A stretch of DNA of 61,341 bases, the filler included, from Candidatus Omnitrophota bacterium (GTDB taxonomy: Bacteria > Omnitrophota > Gorgyraeia > Zapsychrales > Zapsychraceae), in the NCBI GenBank assembly GCA_015233495.1. It is 5 parts of 5 records of this genome, joined end to end, with 100 filler letters (N's around TTAATTAATTAA, not from the genome) between each part and the next. Parts side by side here need not be neighbours in the genome. Positions count along the whole stretch, not along the records: positions 1 to 12,858 come from JADFXQ010000051.1; positions 12,959 to 25,217 come from JADFXQ010000052.1; 3 more parts are not named here. The stretch is one strand, 5' to 3'. The notes under the pieces are model-generated. The model was not told the DNA's origin. It searched no databases and saw nothing but the letters and a program-made list of their open reading frames with translations. Position 1 is the stretch's first letter, and each line of letters begins with the position of its first letter. This document shows positions 10,848 through 21,185 of this stretch, in pieces. Both the position numbers and the translations under genes were made by a program.

Positions 10848-11330
10848 CTAATTTTGCATTAGCAAAACTACCGCTTGCGCCGCGATGCCTTCGCTTCTAC
10901 CGATTGCGCCTAAACTTTCCATGGTGGTTGCTTTGATATTCACCTGGGGCTCGGCTATGCTCAAGCGGGAGGCTATCCGAGCGCGCATCTGCTGTTTATA
11001 TTCTTTTAAATGCGGCTGTTCCGCCAGCACCGTGATATCCAAATTCCCTACCCGGAATCCCTGATCCGCGACCCGCTGGGCAGCGGTGTCCAATAATGTC
11101 AAACTGCTCACCCCGCGATACCGTTCGTCCGTATTTGGAAAATGCTCGCCGATGTCGCCGGCGCCTAACGCGCCCAACAACGCGTCGCAAACCGCGTGCA
11201 AAATCACATCCGCGTCGGAATGTCCGTCCAATCCAAGATGAAATGGAATCTCCACCCCGCCCAAGACGAGTTTCCGTCCCGAAGCAAAACGGTGAATATC
11301 AAAACCTAAGCCAATTTTATAATCCATCAT
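10848..11330 (-). CDS. ispF: 2-C-methyl-D-erythritol 2,4-cyclodiphosphate synthase
   Basis: IGLGFDIH, GHSDADV, GDIGEHFP, NIKATT, EGIAA. Confidence 0.97.
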   Translation of the reverse strand: MMDYKIGLGFDIHRFASGRKLVLGGVEIPFHLGLDGHSDADVILHAVCDALLGALGAGDIGEHFPNTDERYRGVSSLTLLDTAAQRVADQGFRVGNLDITVLAEQPHLKEYKQQMRARIASRLSIAEPQVNIKATTMESLGAIGRSEGIAAQAVVLLMQN

Positions 11331-11387
11331 CAACGCCCGGTTCGATTAATCCAATAATTATTCTTGCTTTCCCCATCTCATCGTCTA

Positions 11388-12113
11388 TCACTTCCCTATA
11401 GCCTGGCCATTCGAGCCTTCAGCGGACAGCCCTGACAACAATGCCTCAGCAATCACGATATCTTCCCCAGTCGTGATTTTTATATTCTTATAATCACCCA
11501 TCAGGATTTTTACCGGCACTCCCAAACGTTCGACCAAAACCGCATCGTCGGTAAACAGCGCGGCGGTTCCCGGCCCGCGTTCCGCGTAGGCGCGTTTGAT
11601 CACCTCCGCGTGAAAAACCTGCGGCGTTTGAACTTCCCACAAACTCGAGCGGTCCAAGGTCCGAGTCACGGTCAAAGTCCGGGTGTCTGCTTGTTTAACC
11701 GTTGGCTTGACCGGCACTGCCGCAATCACCGCCGAATAGTCATGACACAGCCAGATGGCATCCGAGACCAGCTGGCCCGTCACTAAGGGACGCGCCCCGT
11801 CGTGAATCAAAACAATCCGCGTGTCGTCGTCTAAAGCAGCTAACCCGTTGCTCACCGAATCCGCGCGGGTCACTCCGCCTTCAATGATCCGCTTGACTTT
11901 TTTTAATCCCGCGGCTTGAACCGCCGCCAACCACTCGTTAAAAAATTGTTTTTGTGTGACTAAAACCACGCTATCCACTAAACCGCAATCCTCAAAAATT
12001 TCGAGCGCGTATAGCGCCATCAATTTGTGATTAAGTTTTAACAAAGCCTTAGGCGTTCCGGCGTTTAACCGGGCGCCCGAACCAGCGAGTGGTATGATGA
12101 CTTGGGTTTTCAT
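11388..12113 (-). CDS. ispD: 2-C-methyl-D-erythritol 4-phosphate cytidylyltransferase
   Basis: AGSGARL, GGVTRADSV, IHDGARP, QTPQVF, TDDA, NIKITT. Confidence 0.96.
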   Translation of the reverse strand: MKTQVIIPLAGSGARLNAGTPKALLKLNHKLMALYALEIFEDCGLVDSVVLVTQKQFFNEWLAAVQAAGLKKVKRIIEGGVTRADSVSNGLAALDDDTRIVLIHDGARPLVTGQLVSDAIWLCHDYSAVIAAVPVKPTVKQADTRTLTVTRTLDRSSLWEVQTPQVFHAEVIKRAYAERGPGTAALFTDDAVLVERLGVPVKILMGDYKNIKITTGEDIVIAEALLSGLSAEGSNGQAIGK

Positions 12114-12114
12114 T

Positions 12115-12858
12115 TTAATTAACTAACTTCGCGAAGATCATTTTCCCCGCTTGGGTCTGCAGCACCGAAGTGACTTCCACGCGCGCCCGTTCGCCGATTT
12201 TTCCGCGTCCGTCGCCAACCACGACCATGGTTCCATCGTCGAGATACGCTACCGCCTGACCCTGCTCCTTGCCTTCTTTGACTAACCGGACTTCAATTTT
12301 TTCCCCGGTGAAAACCACTGGCTTTACCGAATTGGCTAATTCATTGATATTCAAAACCATGATATCCTGCAGAGCCGCGGTGCGGCTCAAATTATAATCC
12401 GTGGTGCACAACCGCGCTTCCATCATTTTGGTCAGGCGGATCAGTTCCGCGTCGACCTCCCGTTCCGACGGCAGTTCGTCTTCCCGGATACGCAGATCGA
12501 TCTTCGCGTCATCGCTCATCAATTTTAAAAGGTCCAAACCCCGCCGACCTTTTTGCCGCTTGATATCGTCGGCAGAATCGGATAACCGCTGCAACTCGCG
12601 CAAAACAAATTTCGGGACAACCAAGCGGCCGGCCAAAAAACCGGTTTTGTAAATATCGCTGATCCTCCCGTCGATAATAACGCTCGTGTCGAGAACAATC
12701 ACCGAGTCTTTCACGTCCTGCCGGCGGAACCGTACATACGGAATAATGACGTTAAACTCGTCTTTCCCCCGCAAAGCCATCACCGCGCCCAAGTAAGAAA
12801 ACACCAACGTCAAGATCACCCGCAGCAACGATTCAATAAAAACTCCCAAGTGAAACAA
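12115..12858 (-). CDS. Membrane-anchored PIN/TRAM domain protein (YacL-like), 5' partial
   Basis: LDTSVIIDGRI PIN motif, GRRGL, TTDYNL, YLDDGTMVVV, QTQAGKMIF TRAM; truncated at contig end. Confidence 0.92.
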   Translation of the reverse strand: MFHLGVFIESLLRVILTLVFSYLGAVMALRGKDEFNVIIPYVRFRRQDVKDSVIVLDTSVIIDGRISDIYKTGFLAGRLVVPKFVLRELQRLSDSADDIKRQKGRRGLDLLKLMSDDAKIDLRIREDELPSEREVDAELIRLTKMMEARLCTTDYNLSRTAALQDIMVLNINELANSVKPVVFTGEKIEVRLVKEGKEQGQAVAYLDDGTMVVVGDGRGKIGERARVEVTSVLQTQAGKMIFAKLVN

Positions 12859-12958
12859 NNNNNNNNNNNNNNNNNNNNNNNNNNNNNNNNNNNNNNNNNN
12901 NNTTAATTAATTAANNNNNNNNNNNNNNNNNNNNNNNNNNNNNNNNNNNNNNNNNNNN
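12859..12958. other. Artificial contig linker
   Basis: 100 nt of N around TTAATTAATTAA (stops in all six frames). Confidence 0.97.
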
Positions 12959-13104
12959 ACCGGGCTTCCGTTGACCAAATCCGAAAAGTCGCGAAAGCCC
13001 GCGGCATGAAAACTTTGCTTCAGTCAGGATGGGAAAAAGTTAAATTGGGACTGACGTCTCCTCAAGAAGTTTTACGCGTGACAACTTACGAAGAAACCGA
13101 ATAA
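12959..13104 (+). CDS. gspE: GspE/PilB ATPase, C-terminal fragment
   Basis: Translates as RASVDQIRKVAKARGMKTLLQSGWEKVKLGLTSPQEVLRVT, the typical GspE/PilB tail; precedes gspF. Confidence 0.85.
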
Positions 13105-13105
13105 T

Positions 13106-14337
13106 ATGTCGCCCCGCTTCCAATATAAAGCCAAAGTAAGCCCGGAAAAAACCAAGGAAGGGGTTGTGGACGCCGCGGATGCCGAGGATGCCGCGCGAAA
13201 AATTATTCAATTGGGATTGACGCCTCTGGAAGTCAACCTGGAAAACACCCGCGAAGTCCGCGATTTTTCTTTTCCGTTAAAAATATTTCCTCGTCAATCT
13301 CGCGGGATCCGCCCGGCGGATTTGACCTTAATGACCCGGCAGTTGAGCGATTTGCTGGATTCCGTTTTGCCGCTGCTTAAGGCGCTGCGCATCATTATNN
13401 NNNNNNNNNNNNNNNNNNNNNNNNNNNNNNNNNNNNNNNNNNNNNNNNNNNNNNNNNNNNNNNNNNNNNNNNNNNNNNNNNNNNGGCCCAGTATCCGGAA
13501 ATTTTTCCGTTATATTATATTCCGATGGTGCGGGCCGGTGAAGTCAGCGGCCGCTTGGAAATTATTTTAGACCGATTAGCGAACCATTTGGAAAAAGAAC
13601 AAGAAATCACCCAAAAAGTGAAAGCCAGTTTAGTTTATCCGGCGTTGATTTTAGCGGTTGGCGTGTTGACCGTATTTATTCTTTTGACTTTTGTTATTCC
13701 GCGTTTGTCCGTGATGTTTGAAGATTTTGATCAACAGCTCCCGTTGGTGACCTTGATCCTGATGCGGACCAGCGGATTTTTTGCGCGTTATGGCTTATTC
13801 ATTTTCGTCGGTTGTTGCGGCGGCGCGACTTATTTATTGCGCTGGTTCAAGACCTCGGCGGGAAAAATGACCTTGGACCGTTTCTTATTGAAAGTGGGAA
13901 TTCTGGGAGCATTTATTAAAACCGTGGAAATCGGCCGCTTTGGCCGTACTCTGGGAACCTTGGTGGAAAGCGGCGTGCCGATCGTCACTGCTCTGCAAAC
14001 CGTCGAGAAAACTGTCGCGAATTCCGCCTTGCGCGAGGAGATCAGCGCTTTATCCGGTCAAGTCAGCCAAGGCGTGTCTTTGGGGCATGCTTTAAGCGGG
14101 GTTTCTTTTATGCCGGATATGGCGGTAAACGTTATTTCCGTGGGAGAAGAATCCGGCAAGCTGGAAAAAGGTCTGCACAAAGTCGCGGATATTTACGAAC
14201 GGGAAGCGGAAAATGTTTCCCGGGCAGTGGCGGCATTGCTGGGGCCTTTGGTTTTGATTGTCGTGATCGCCTTGGTCGGATTTGTGGTGATCGCTATGCT
14301 GCTGCCGATTTTGCAGATCAATTTGTTGATAAAATAA
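13106..14337 (+). CDS. gspF: T2SS inner membrane platform protein GspF/PilC (N gap 13399-13484)
   Basis: F.YKA start, TRQLSDLL, MVRAGEVSGRL, YPALIL, VGEESGKL, AMLLPI. Confidence 0.93.
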
Positions 14338-14351
14338 ATTGGAGAATAAAA

Positions 14352-14780
14352 ATGATGAAATACAAATCCGGTTTTACTTTGATTGAAATTATGCTTGTCG
14401 TCATCATTATCGGCATTTTAGCCGCTATGGTAGTGCCCAATTTGGCGGTCTGGTTCCAACAATCTAACGTCGCGCCCTCCCCGGCCTAAATCCAAGCTCA
14501 CTTCGCCACTTCCTTCTACCTCTTCTAATTGGACCATCGCCTTTATCCCCCCCCCGATGAAGGTTTAAAAGCCTTGATTGCCGCGCCTTCCACAGACTTG
14601 CCAAAATGGCATGGCCCTTATTTAAAGAAAAAAACCATTCCCAAAGACCCTTGGGGCCATGATTATGTTTATCTTTCGCCCGGGAAACACAATACCGATA
14701 GTTTTGATTTATATTCTTACGGCCCGGACGGCGTTGAAGGCAAAGATGACATTGCTAATTGGAGCGAAAATAACCCGTGA
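14352..14780 (+). pseudogene. gspG: Major pseudopilin GspG with two in-frame TAA stops (probably a base-call artefact)
   Basis: RBS GGAG; GFTLIEIMLVVIIIGILAAMVVPNL prepilin; WHGPYL, PKDPWGHDYVY, SYGPDG..GKDDI; TAA at 14487 and 14526 with no frameshift. Confidence 0.88.
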
Positions 14781-15325
14781 TTTACAGCCTAACCCGGAAC
14801 AGGATTAGCCAAGGTCAGAGCGCGATTTCCGGAATGCATTTTTGCGAACCTATGCGGATAAAGGGTTTTACTCTGATTGAAGTTCTTCTCGTAGCCATAC
14901 TCTTAGGCATAGTCGCGGTTTTATCCTTGCCCAATTTTGTTGTTTTGCAGCGCGGTTCCGTATTGAAAAATAAAGCTATGGAATGCGCGGGTTTATTCCG
15001 GGAAGCGCAAAACTTGGCTTTGACCCGCAGCGCGGTTTTTCGTTTGGTCGCGGACAGCGACGGTGCGGTCTGGGGAATCGAAGCCGCCGTAGACCCAACG
15101 GATTTGAGCCATACCGCGTATAAAAAAATTCCCGGAAAAACTTGGCCGGTTTTTGACACTGCGGCCAAGCTCGAGGTTCAAACGCAGGGCTTTCCGGTTG
15201 TGTTTTTTTCTGACGGACGGATCAGCCCCGCGGAAATTTCTTTATGCCAAGAAACTGCCTGTTATTTATTATCAACCAAAGAAGAACGGGCGCAAATCAC
15301 GGTTTCCCAATGGACGAAAGAATGA
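14777..15325 (+). CDS. GspH/FimT-like minor pseudopilin
   Basis: GFTLIEVLL N-methylation motif, AQNLA, FFSDG; alternative start 14852. Confidence 0.82.
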   Translation: MIYSLTRNRISQGQSAISGMHFCEPMRIKGFTLIEVLLVAILLGIVAVLSLPNFVVLQRGSVLKNKAMECAGLFREAQNLALTRSAVFRLVADSDGAVWGIEAAVDPTDLSHTAYKKIPGKTWPVFDTAAKLEVQTQGFPVVFFSDGRISPAEISLCQETACYLLSTKEERAQITVSQWTKE

Positions 15326-15341
15326 CCGGAGCTTATTTACC

Positions 15342-15743
15342 GTGAAAACTTTGCCGCAAAACCGCTTATCTGAACGCGGGTCAATCCTCTTAGAATCTTT
15401 AGCCGCGGTGGTAATTTTATCCGTCAGCGTAGTGACGATTTTGCAACCAGTCACCGCGGCCTTAAAAGCGCAAGCCAAAGCCGGCCAACGAATCGAAACG
15501 TCCCTGATTTTTGAGAATCAGCTGGCTGAGTTGGCATTGGCGCCGCAAGCCTTTTTGAACAAAGGCGACACCCTTATCGAGAATTCGGCCGGGGGGGGCG
15601 TTTTTAAAACCGCAGTCGCTTCTTCGCCCTGGGACGAAAGCGGCTCCTTAAAAGTCATTCATTTTATTTTAACGAAAAATACCGGTTCCCTATCAGAGGA
15701 AACCCGGATAACAACATTGTACGCGACCCAGGATCAAAAATAA
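15342..15743 (+). CDS. GspI/PilV-like minor pseudopilin
   Basis: RGSILLESLAAVVIL prepilin-like motif; GGAG RBS before GTG 15342. Confidence 0.72.
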   Translation: MKTLPQNRLSERGSILLESLAAVVILSVSVVTILQPVTAALKAQAKAGQRIETSLIFENQLAELALAPQAFLNKGDTLIENSAGGGVFKTAVASSPWDESGSLKVIHFILTKNTGSLSEETRITTLYATQDQK

Positions 15744-15755
15744 TAGATTCAGTAT

Positions 15756-15897
15756 AATTTTGAATGAGTAATTGCGGTAAAAGTAATTTTCTTCTGCCTC
15801 GGGTTATTTTGGCCATCTGCTTCGCAGACATTTGGCCAAAAAAACCCTTATTGCGGCAGAAAAAAATTACTTTTACCGCAATTACTCATTCAAAATT
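15756..15897. repeat. 142-bp near-perfect palindrome (MITE/REPIN-like)
   Basis: 43-bp arms 15756-15798 / 15855-15897 (1 mismatch); inner 15-bp arms 15801-15815 / 15833-15847 (1 mismatch); apical TCTGC-TTC-GCAGA. Confidence 0.9.
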
Positions 15898-15913
15898 TCA
15901 TAAGGCAAACGAG

Positions 15914-16618
15914 ATGAAAACCTTCCGCGGCTTTACGCTGATCGAAGTTTTACTTGGAATTATTATTTTATCCCTTATCAGTCTGTGTCTTTATGGCGTT
16001 TGGACGGCGGTCATGAAAATCAACCGGGACTTTCTCAATCTTTCAGATCCTTACCGTCAAGAACGCTTAACCGCTGATTTGTTCGCTCAAGATTTTGCGC
16101 GGATCCGGATGTATGATTTGTATACAACCTATCCGAAACACACCGTATTTCAAGGCAGTCCCAACGCCATGGTTTTTTTAATCGGAGACGAAGAAGGTCT
16201 CAAAGTGGTGAGTTATTATTTAGGAGAGATCGACCGCGGCCAACAAACCAAAACCCTGATTGGCCGTCATTATGCGCGCAACGTCGCGGTCGTGGAAAAT
16301 CTGGACGCGGATAGCCCAGCGAAGTCGCTGATCCGCGAGACCATGGACTTCGCGCCGTATCTTTCCGGAGGTTTTAAACTCAACGGCGCCAAGGAAATCA
16401 TTTTAAAAAACATTGACGCAAACGGATTTCGGATGCTTTATGCGCCTTTGCCGGATGATTCCGGCCATATCAAATGGCAAGATACCTGGACCGATGCGCA
16501 ATTCCCCATCGCGGTCAAATTACAAATCCAGGGGAAGAGCCGTCCCCAGGAACCGGCGCTGCTGTTTGAAAAAATTCTTATCGTGCGCGCCGCTCTGACG
16601 GATCAACAAAAAAAATGA
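15914..16618 (+). CDS. GspJ/PilW-like minor pseudopilin
   Basis: MKTFRGFTLIEVLL; C-terminal WQDTW..FPIAV typical of GspJ. Confidence 0.82.
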   Translation: MKTFRGFTLIEVLLGIIILSLISLCLYGVWTAVMKINRDFLNLSDPYRQERLTADLFAQDFARIRMYDLYTTYPKHTVFQGSPNAMVFLIGDEEGLKVVSYYLGEIDRGQQTKTLIGRHYARNVAVVENLDADSPAKSLIRETMDFAPYLSGGFKLNGAKEIILKNIDANGFRMLYAPLPDDSGHIKWQDTWTDAQFPIAVKLQIQGKSRPQEPALLFEKILIVRAALTDQQKK

Positions 16619-17705
16619 AAACGTATTCCATCGCCAAAAATAAATCTGGTATAGTATTGATAGCCGTATTGTGGGCAGTGATTATTTTAAGCGGCATCGC
16701 TCTGATGACGGCCCGAGCCTCTCGTCAAGAAACCGGTTTTGGCCGCTACGCTCTGGCGAAAACACAATCGCGATTTTATGCCTGGGCGGGATGGGTTTAC
16801 GGCGTAAATCATTTAACCGCCGCAACCACTGGGGAAGCCGCCAAATCGAAACAGCCCTATTATTGGAACCGCNNNNNNNNNNNNNNNNNNNNNNNNNNNN
16901 NNNNNNNNNNNNNNNNNNNNNNNNNNNNNNNNNNNNNNNNNNNNNNNNNNNNNTCATTAGCTTTCTCGCGGATCCCGGGGAAACCGGCGACGCGAAATTT
17001 TTGCCCGGCTTTCAGGATGAAGAAGCGCGGTTGAACATCAATGCTTTAAACTCGGATAATTATTTGATTTTGCGCGATTTGTTAATGGTTCTCGGCGTTG
17101 AAAAATCCGCCGCCTCTACAGTCGCGGCTTCCGTCGCGGATTGGAAGGACGCGGATAATAACCCGACTGCCGAGCCTTGGGGCGCGGAAGAAGAATATTA
17201 CGCCAAGTTAGACCAAAGCTATCACTGTAAAAATTTGCCTTTTGATTCGATTGAAGAACTTAGTCTGGTGCGCGGGATGACGCCGGAAATATTGCGGCTC
17301 CTCAAACCCTATATTACGGTTATTCCGAAAAACGGGAATTTGCAAATCGATTTCAATACAGCGTCTATCCCCGTTTTAAAGGCTTTGGCCCGGTCAGTGA
17401 CCGGATCGAAAACCAATACGGATGAAGAAGACGCGGATAGTTTAGTGCGGAAAATCAGCGATTTTCGCAATGGCCCGGATGGGCTGCCCGCCACGGACGA
17501 TGATCAGCCGGTGGAGGGAGAGAAGCTCTCGTTAAACCAAAAGGAAAGCGCCATTTTTCAAACAATCAACAATTATCGCGTCTCTCAGTCGCGGTTTTTT
17601 CATTTGCATATTCAAGGGGTGGCGCCGGGCGGCATAACCGCCACCACCATCGACGCGGTCGTGGATGGGGCAACCCAGGTCCCGCTTTATTGGGAAGAGA
17701 ATTGA
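16615..17705 (+). CDS. gspK: T2SS minor pseudopilin GspK (N gap 16873-16953)
   Basis: GIVLIAVLW, DEEARLNIN, DWKDAD, FDSIEELSLVRGM, NTAS..VL.AL. Confidence 0.88.
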
Positions 17706-17708
17706 TTT

Positions 17709-19145
17709 ATGGCTAAGCCCATTGACACAGTTATTGAAATTACCGACACGCATATCAAATTTCTCCAAGCCAAACGGGAGAATAAAAAATCCATCATCAC
17801 CGCTTTTGACACCCGCTCGATCCAGGACTTGACCGACGATAATATCGAACAAGCGTTGTTAGCGGCGCTCCGCTCGCGCCAGATCGTCGCGGAAAAATGC
17901 GTCATGGTCCTGCCGCGGCGCTTAGTTTCGGTCAAACGTTTACGCCTGCCGACCACGCAAGACAAAGAAATTCAAAAAATGCTTCCCTTGCAAATCGCCA
18001 ATTTGATCCCGCATTCCATCGACGACGTGACCTATGGCTATGAAGTCATCCAAAGAGAATCCACCGGGTATTCTCAGCTGATAGTTTACATTGTCCACAA
18101 AGACGTCAACGAAAAATATCTCCATATTTTTTCGAAAGCGAAGATAGCGCCTTCCCAATTTGTCCTCAGCTCGTCGGGCATAGTGTCTTGGTTCAACTTT
18201 CAAAAACAAAAAGACAATGTGACCGACCCGGGGCCGGTTTTGTTGTTGAATCTGGATTTGAACCATTCTGAAATCTGCTTTATTCAGAACCAGCGGCTGC
18301 TTTTTTCGCGCAGCGTCAATTATGGGCTCAAGGATTTACGGGCGGATAATTTTGTCGGGTTTTTTGACCAAATTGATTTGAGCGTTAAATCCTACCGCAA
18401 AGAACATTTGGGCGACGACGTAGAATCTATTTTTGTCGTCTCTTCATTGCCGGAGATGACCACCCTCAATCATACCTTGGCGGAAAAATTCCAATTGCCG
18501 GTCGTTTTTTATTCGCCGGTGGAAAATGTCTATTCCGCGGGTGCGCCGATTGTGAACCAAATCAAAGAATGTCCCGGGTTGTCGTTGACCGTGTGTTTGG
18601 GGTTGTTATTTTCCGACCGGAAAAATTTGGTGAATTTAGTCGCCCAAGATATGCGCGTGCTTTCCACCGCCAAAACCCAACGCCAACGCCGCAGTCATTT
18701 TTTGTTTTTCTTTTTTTTATCGATCGCTTTGGGTTTTAGCATTTGGGGGATCGATATGTTTTACCGGATGATCCAATTACAGCGGGTGAAAGCGCTGGCC
18801 ATGCAAGCGCTTCCCGCAGCTTCCCAGGCGCAAAAAAATAATGCTTTGACCGAATTTTTTGATCGTTATTTCGCCAACCGGATTGTTTTTTCGGATTTGA
18901 TCGCGGTCTTAAATTCCTTGACTCCGGCGGCAGTTTCTTTCACCTCGCTGAACACCGATCATTCCGGAAATGTAACGATCGGCGGTTATGCCCAATTGGG
19001 ATCGGATGTCAACCGTTTTCAAACGTCACTGGTAAAATCCCCGCGTTTCAGCGACGCGCAATTGTTATCGGCGAAAAAGCGCAAATATTACAACCAGGAA
19101 GTGACGGAATTTAAAATTCAATTTAAAATTCGTCCGCGGAAATGA
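17709..19145 (+). CDS. PilM/GspL-like actin-fold domain fused to TM and PilN-like domain
   Basis: Cytoplasmic actin-like region (FSRSV), one TM near aa 330-350, PilN-like C-terminus (IGGYA..FQTSL.KSP.F); operon position. Confidence 0.78.
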   Translation: MAKPIDTVIEITDTHIKFLQAKRENKKSIITAFDTRSIQDLTDDNIEQALLAALRSRQIVAEKCVMVLPRRLVSVKRLRLPTTQDKEIQKMLPLQIANLIPHSIDDVTYGYEVIQRESTGYSQLIVYIVHKDVNEKYLHIFSKAKIAPSQFVLSSSGIVSWFNFQKQKDNVTDPGPVLLLNLDLNHSEICFIQNQRLLFSRSVNYGLKDLRADNFVGFFDQIDLSVKSYRKEHLGDDVESIFVVSSLPEMTTLNHTLAEKFQLPVVFYSPVENVYSAGAPIVNQIKECPGLSLTVCLGLLFSDRKNLVNLVAQDMRVLSTAKTQRQRRSHFLFFFFLSIALGFSIWGIDMFYRMIQLQRVKALAMQALPAASQAQKNNALTEFFDRYFANRIVFSDLIAVLNSLTPAAVSFTSLNTDHSGNVTIGGYAQLGSDVNRFQTSLVKSPRFSDAQLLSAKKRKYYNQEVTEFKIQFKIRPRK

Positions 19146-19149
19146 TTAT

Positions 19150-19680
19150 ATGCGTCCTATAAATCAAAGAGAAAAATATTTTGCCGCCATTGTCGCCGCG
19201 CTTCTTTTAGTTTGGGGAGCTGTCTGTTTGATTGCCCAGCCGTTATGGCGCGAGAAAGAAGAGGTGTCACGCTCGATTCGCGGCCAGCAAAAACAGATGG
19301 CGGAATCGAGGCAAACCATCGCGAAAGAAAAAAAATTTCTGCCCCGGTATCAATTTTATTGGAACGCCTTCAAACAAAAAGGCACGGATGAAGAAACGAT
19401 TTCCGTTTTTGTTTCCGAAATTGAAAAAGCCGCTAATCAAATCGATTTGCGGATCATGGAGTTGAAACCGCAAAAAAAAGAAACCCGGGGTCTGGTCAGC
19501 GTCTATTCACTCAACTTGTCATTTGAAAGCGATTATCTCAAATTATTAAAATTTTTGGATCTTTTGCAACAAAATCCCAATTTTTTTGATATTGAAGATT
19601 GTTCCATCACAAAAAAAGCAAATAAAAGCAGTCCGGAACTGCAAATCGATATAAAATTATCGCGGATATTCATTCCGTGA
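19150..19680 (+). CDS. PilO/GspM-like protein
   Basis: N-terminal QREK + TM, coiled coil, ESDY..LLKFL..L. Confidence 0.75.
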   Translation: MRPINQREKYFAAIVAALLLVWGAVCLIAQPLWREKEEVSRSIRGQQKQMAESRQTIAKEKKFLPRYQFYWNAFKQKGTDEETISVFVSEIEKAANQIDLRIMELKPQKKETRGLVSVYSLNLSFESDYLKLLKFLDLLQQNPNFFDIEDCSITKKANKSSPELQIDIKLSRIFIP

Positions 19681-19742
19681 GAGATGTCGAACCGGTTTTT
19701 TATTCCTTTCTCCGTTAGTTCGGGGAGGGCCAGGGGACGAGA

Positions 19743-20570
19743 GTGACAACCGCCTATTTACAAACTTTACATTTGGAACGGGAGCCGTTTTCCACCAGTC
19801 CGGACCCGGCGTTTTTTTATAAGTCTCCGGAGCATATTTCCGTTCTTAACCGTTTGGAGATTGCCATCCGTTTGAAACGCGGGCTGAGTTTGATTTTAGG
19901 CGATGTGGGTACGGGTAAAACCACGCTGTCCCGCTCTTTGATCCAATTATTTGACCAGGAAGACAATGAATTTGTTTTTCATATGATTTTGGATCCTTCT
20001 TTCAAAACCGAGACCCAATTTTTAGCGCATCTGACCAAATTATTCGGGATCACTCCGTTTTTTCGCTCGACGATTGATTATCGCGACGCGATTGAAAAAT
20101 ATCTTTATAAAAAAACCGTCGACGAGAAAAAAACCGTGGTGTTATTGATTGATGAAGCCCAAAAATTGCAAGTCGAGCACTTGGAAGTTCTGCGCACCTT
20201 GCTCAATTATGAAACTAACGAACAAAAAATGCTCCAATTGATAATTTTCGGCCAGCTGGAACTTTTGCCGCGGATCCAGCCGATGCGCAATTTTATCGAC
20301 CGGATCAGCGTTAAAGCCCGGCTCAACCCTCTCGATGAATATCAAATCAGCCAGATGATTGAATACCGTTTACGCACCGCGGGATACGATAGTCCGGAGC
20401 CGTTGTTCGCTGCCGAAGCGATAAAAAAAATTTATGAATATACCCGGGGTTACCCCCGGGCAATCGCCAAAATTTGTCATAACGCTTTGGAGCTGGTCCT
20501 CATGCAGGACCGCGCCAACGTCACCGCAGAAATTATTGACCGGGTGATTGAACAGGACGAAGTTCTATGA
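19743..20570 (+). CDS. exeA: ExeA/GspA-family AAA ATPase
   Basis: EPFSTSPDP, GDVGTGKTT, LIDEAQ, GQLEL, GYPRAI. Confidence 0.9.
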   Translation: MTTAYLQTLHLEREPFSTSPDPAFFYKSPEHISVLNRLEIAIRLKRGLSLILGDVGTGKTTLSRSLIQLFDQEDNEFVFHMILDPSFKTETQFLAHLTKLFGITPFFRSTIDYRDAIEKYLYKKTVDEKKTVVLLIDEAQKLQVEHLEVLRTLLNYETNEQKMLQLIIFGQLELLPRIQPMRNFIDRISVKARLNPLDEYQISQMIEYRLRTAGYDSPEPLFAAEAIKKIYEYTRGYPRAIAKICHNALELVLMQDRANVTAEIIDRVIEQDEVL

Positions 20571-21172
20571 CCAACCCTGACTTGGTTTCGGAAGAAAAAT
20601 TATTGCGTTTGATCCGCAAAAAAGACCCCGCTGCCGAGCTTTTGGGAAAAAAGCCCTCCAGCGGACCTAATTTGCCCGCAGTTTTTATCGCGGATCCTTT
20701 AACCTGGGGCATCCGCGGATTTTTTTTGCTGGCTTTGTGCTTGGCCGTTGTCCTGGCGCAAAAAATTTATAACTATCGCGATAATATTCGGGATCATGAC
20801 GCTGTTTTAGCCGCGCCGATAGACAAAACCGCGCCAACCGCCGCGGCGCAGAACGGGACAACCTTTGCTCCACCCGCCGCTGAGCCGGTGCCTGATAGCG
20901 GACGGGATATTTTTGTCGCGGCTTGGGAACAACCCGCGGCAGCTGCCAGCCCGTCGCCCGATGCCGCCGCCGTTTTTGACATTGCGAAGAAATACAAATT
21001 GATTGGCATCATTTTAGACAAAACGCCGATCGCCATGATTCAAGATTTGCAAGTCAATAAGACCATGACAATTTCCAAAGGCGCCACTGTCGCCGACATG
21101 ACTTTAGAAGAGATTAACGAAAATTTTATTGTTTTTCGCCGTCAGGACCAGCGCATAGAACTGCGGCGATAA
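20567..21172 (+). CDS. GspC/PilP-like membrane protein
   Basis: TM, Pro/Ala linker, RDIF, KLIGII..P.AMI; directly upstream of the secretin. Confidence 0.65.
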   Translation: MTNPDLVSEEKLLRLIRKKDPAAELLGKKPSSGPNLPAVFIADPLTWGIRGFFLLALCLAVVLAQKIYNYRDNIRDHDAVLAAPIDKTAPTAAAQNGTTFAPPAAEPVPDSGRDIFVAAWEQPAAAASPSPDAAAVFDIAKKYKLIGIILDKTPIAMIQDLQVNKTMTISKGATVADMTLEEINENFIVFRRQDQRIELRR

Positions 21173-21185
21173 CCAAAGGGGACTT

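Noticed and set aside
14448..14555. Diversity-generating retroelement or stop-codon recoding in gspG
   Set aside because: Both G and A positions change, no template repeat or reverse transcriptase is present, and TAA is a normal stop in neighbouring genes
15764..15913. N-terminal extensions of gspJ (also ftsB from 33548, tsaB from 2237)
   Set aside because: They translate palindromes or upstream genes; family motifs begin at the later starts
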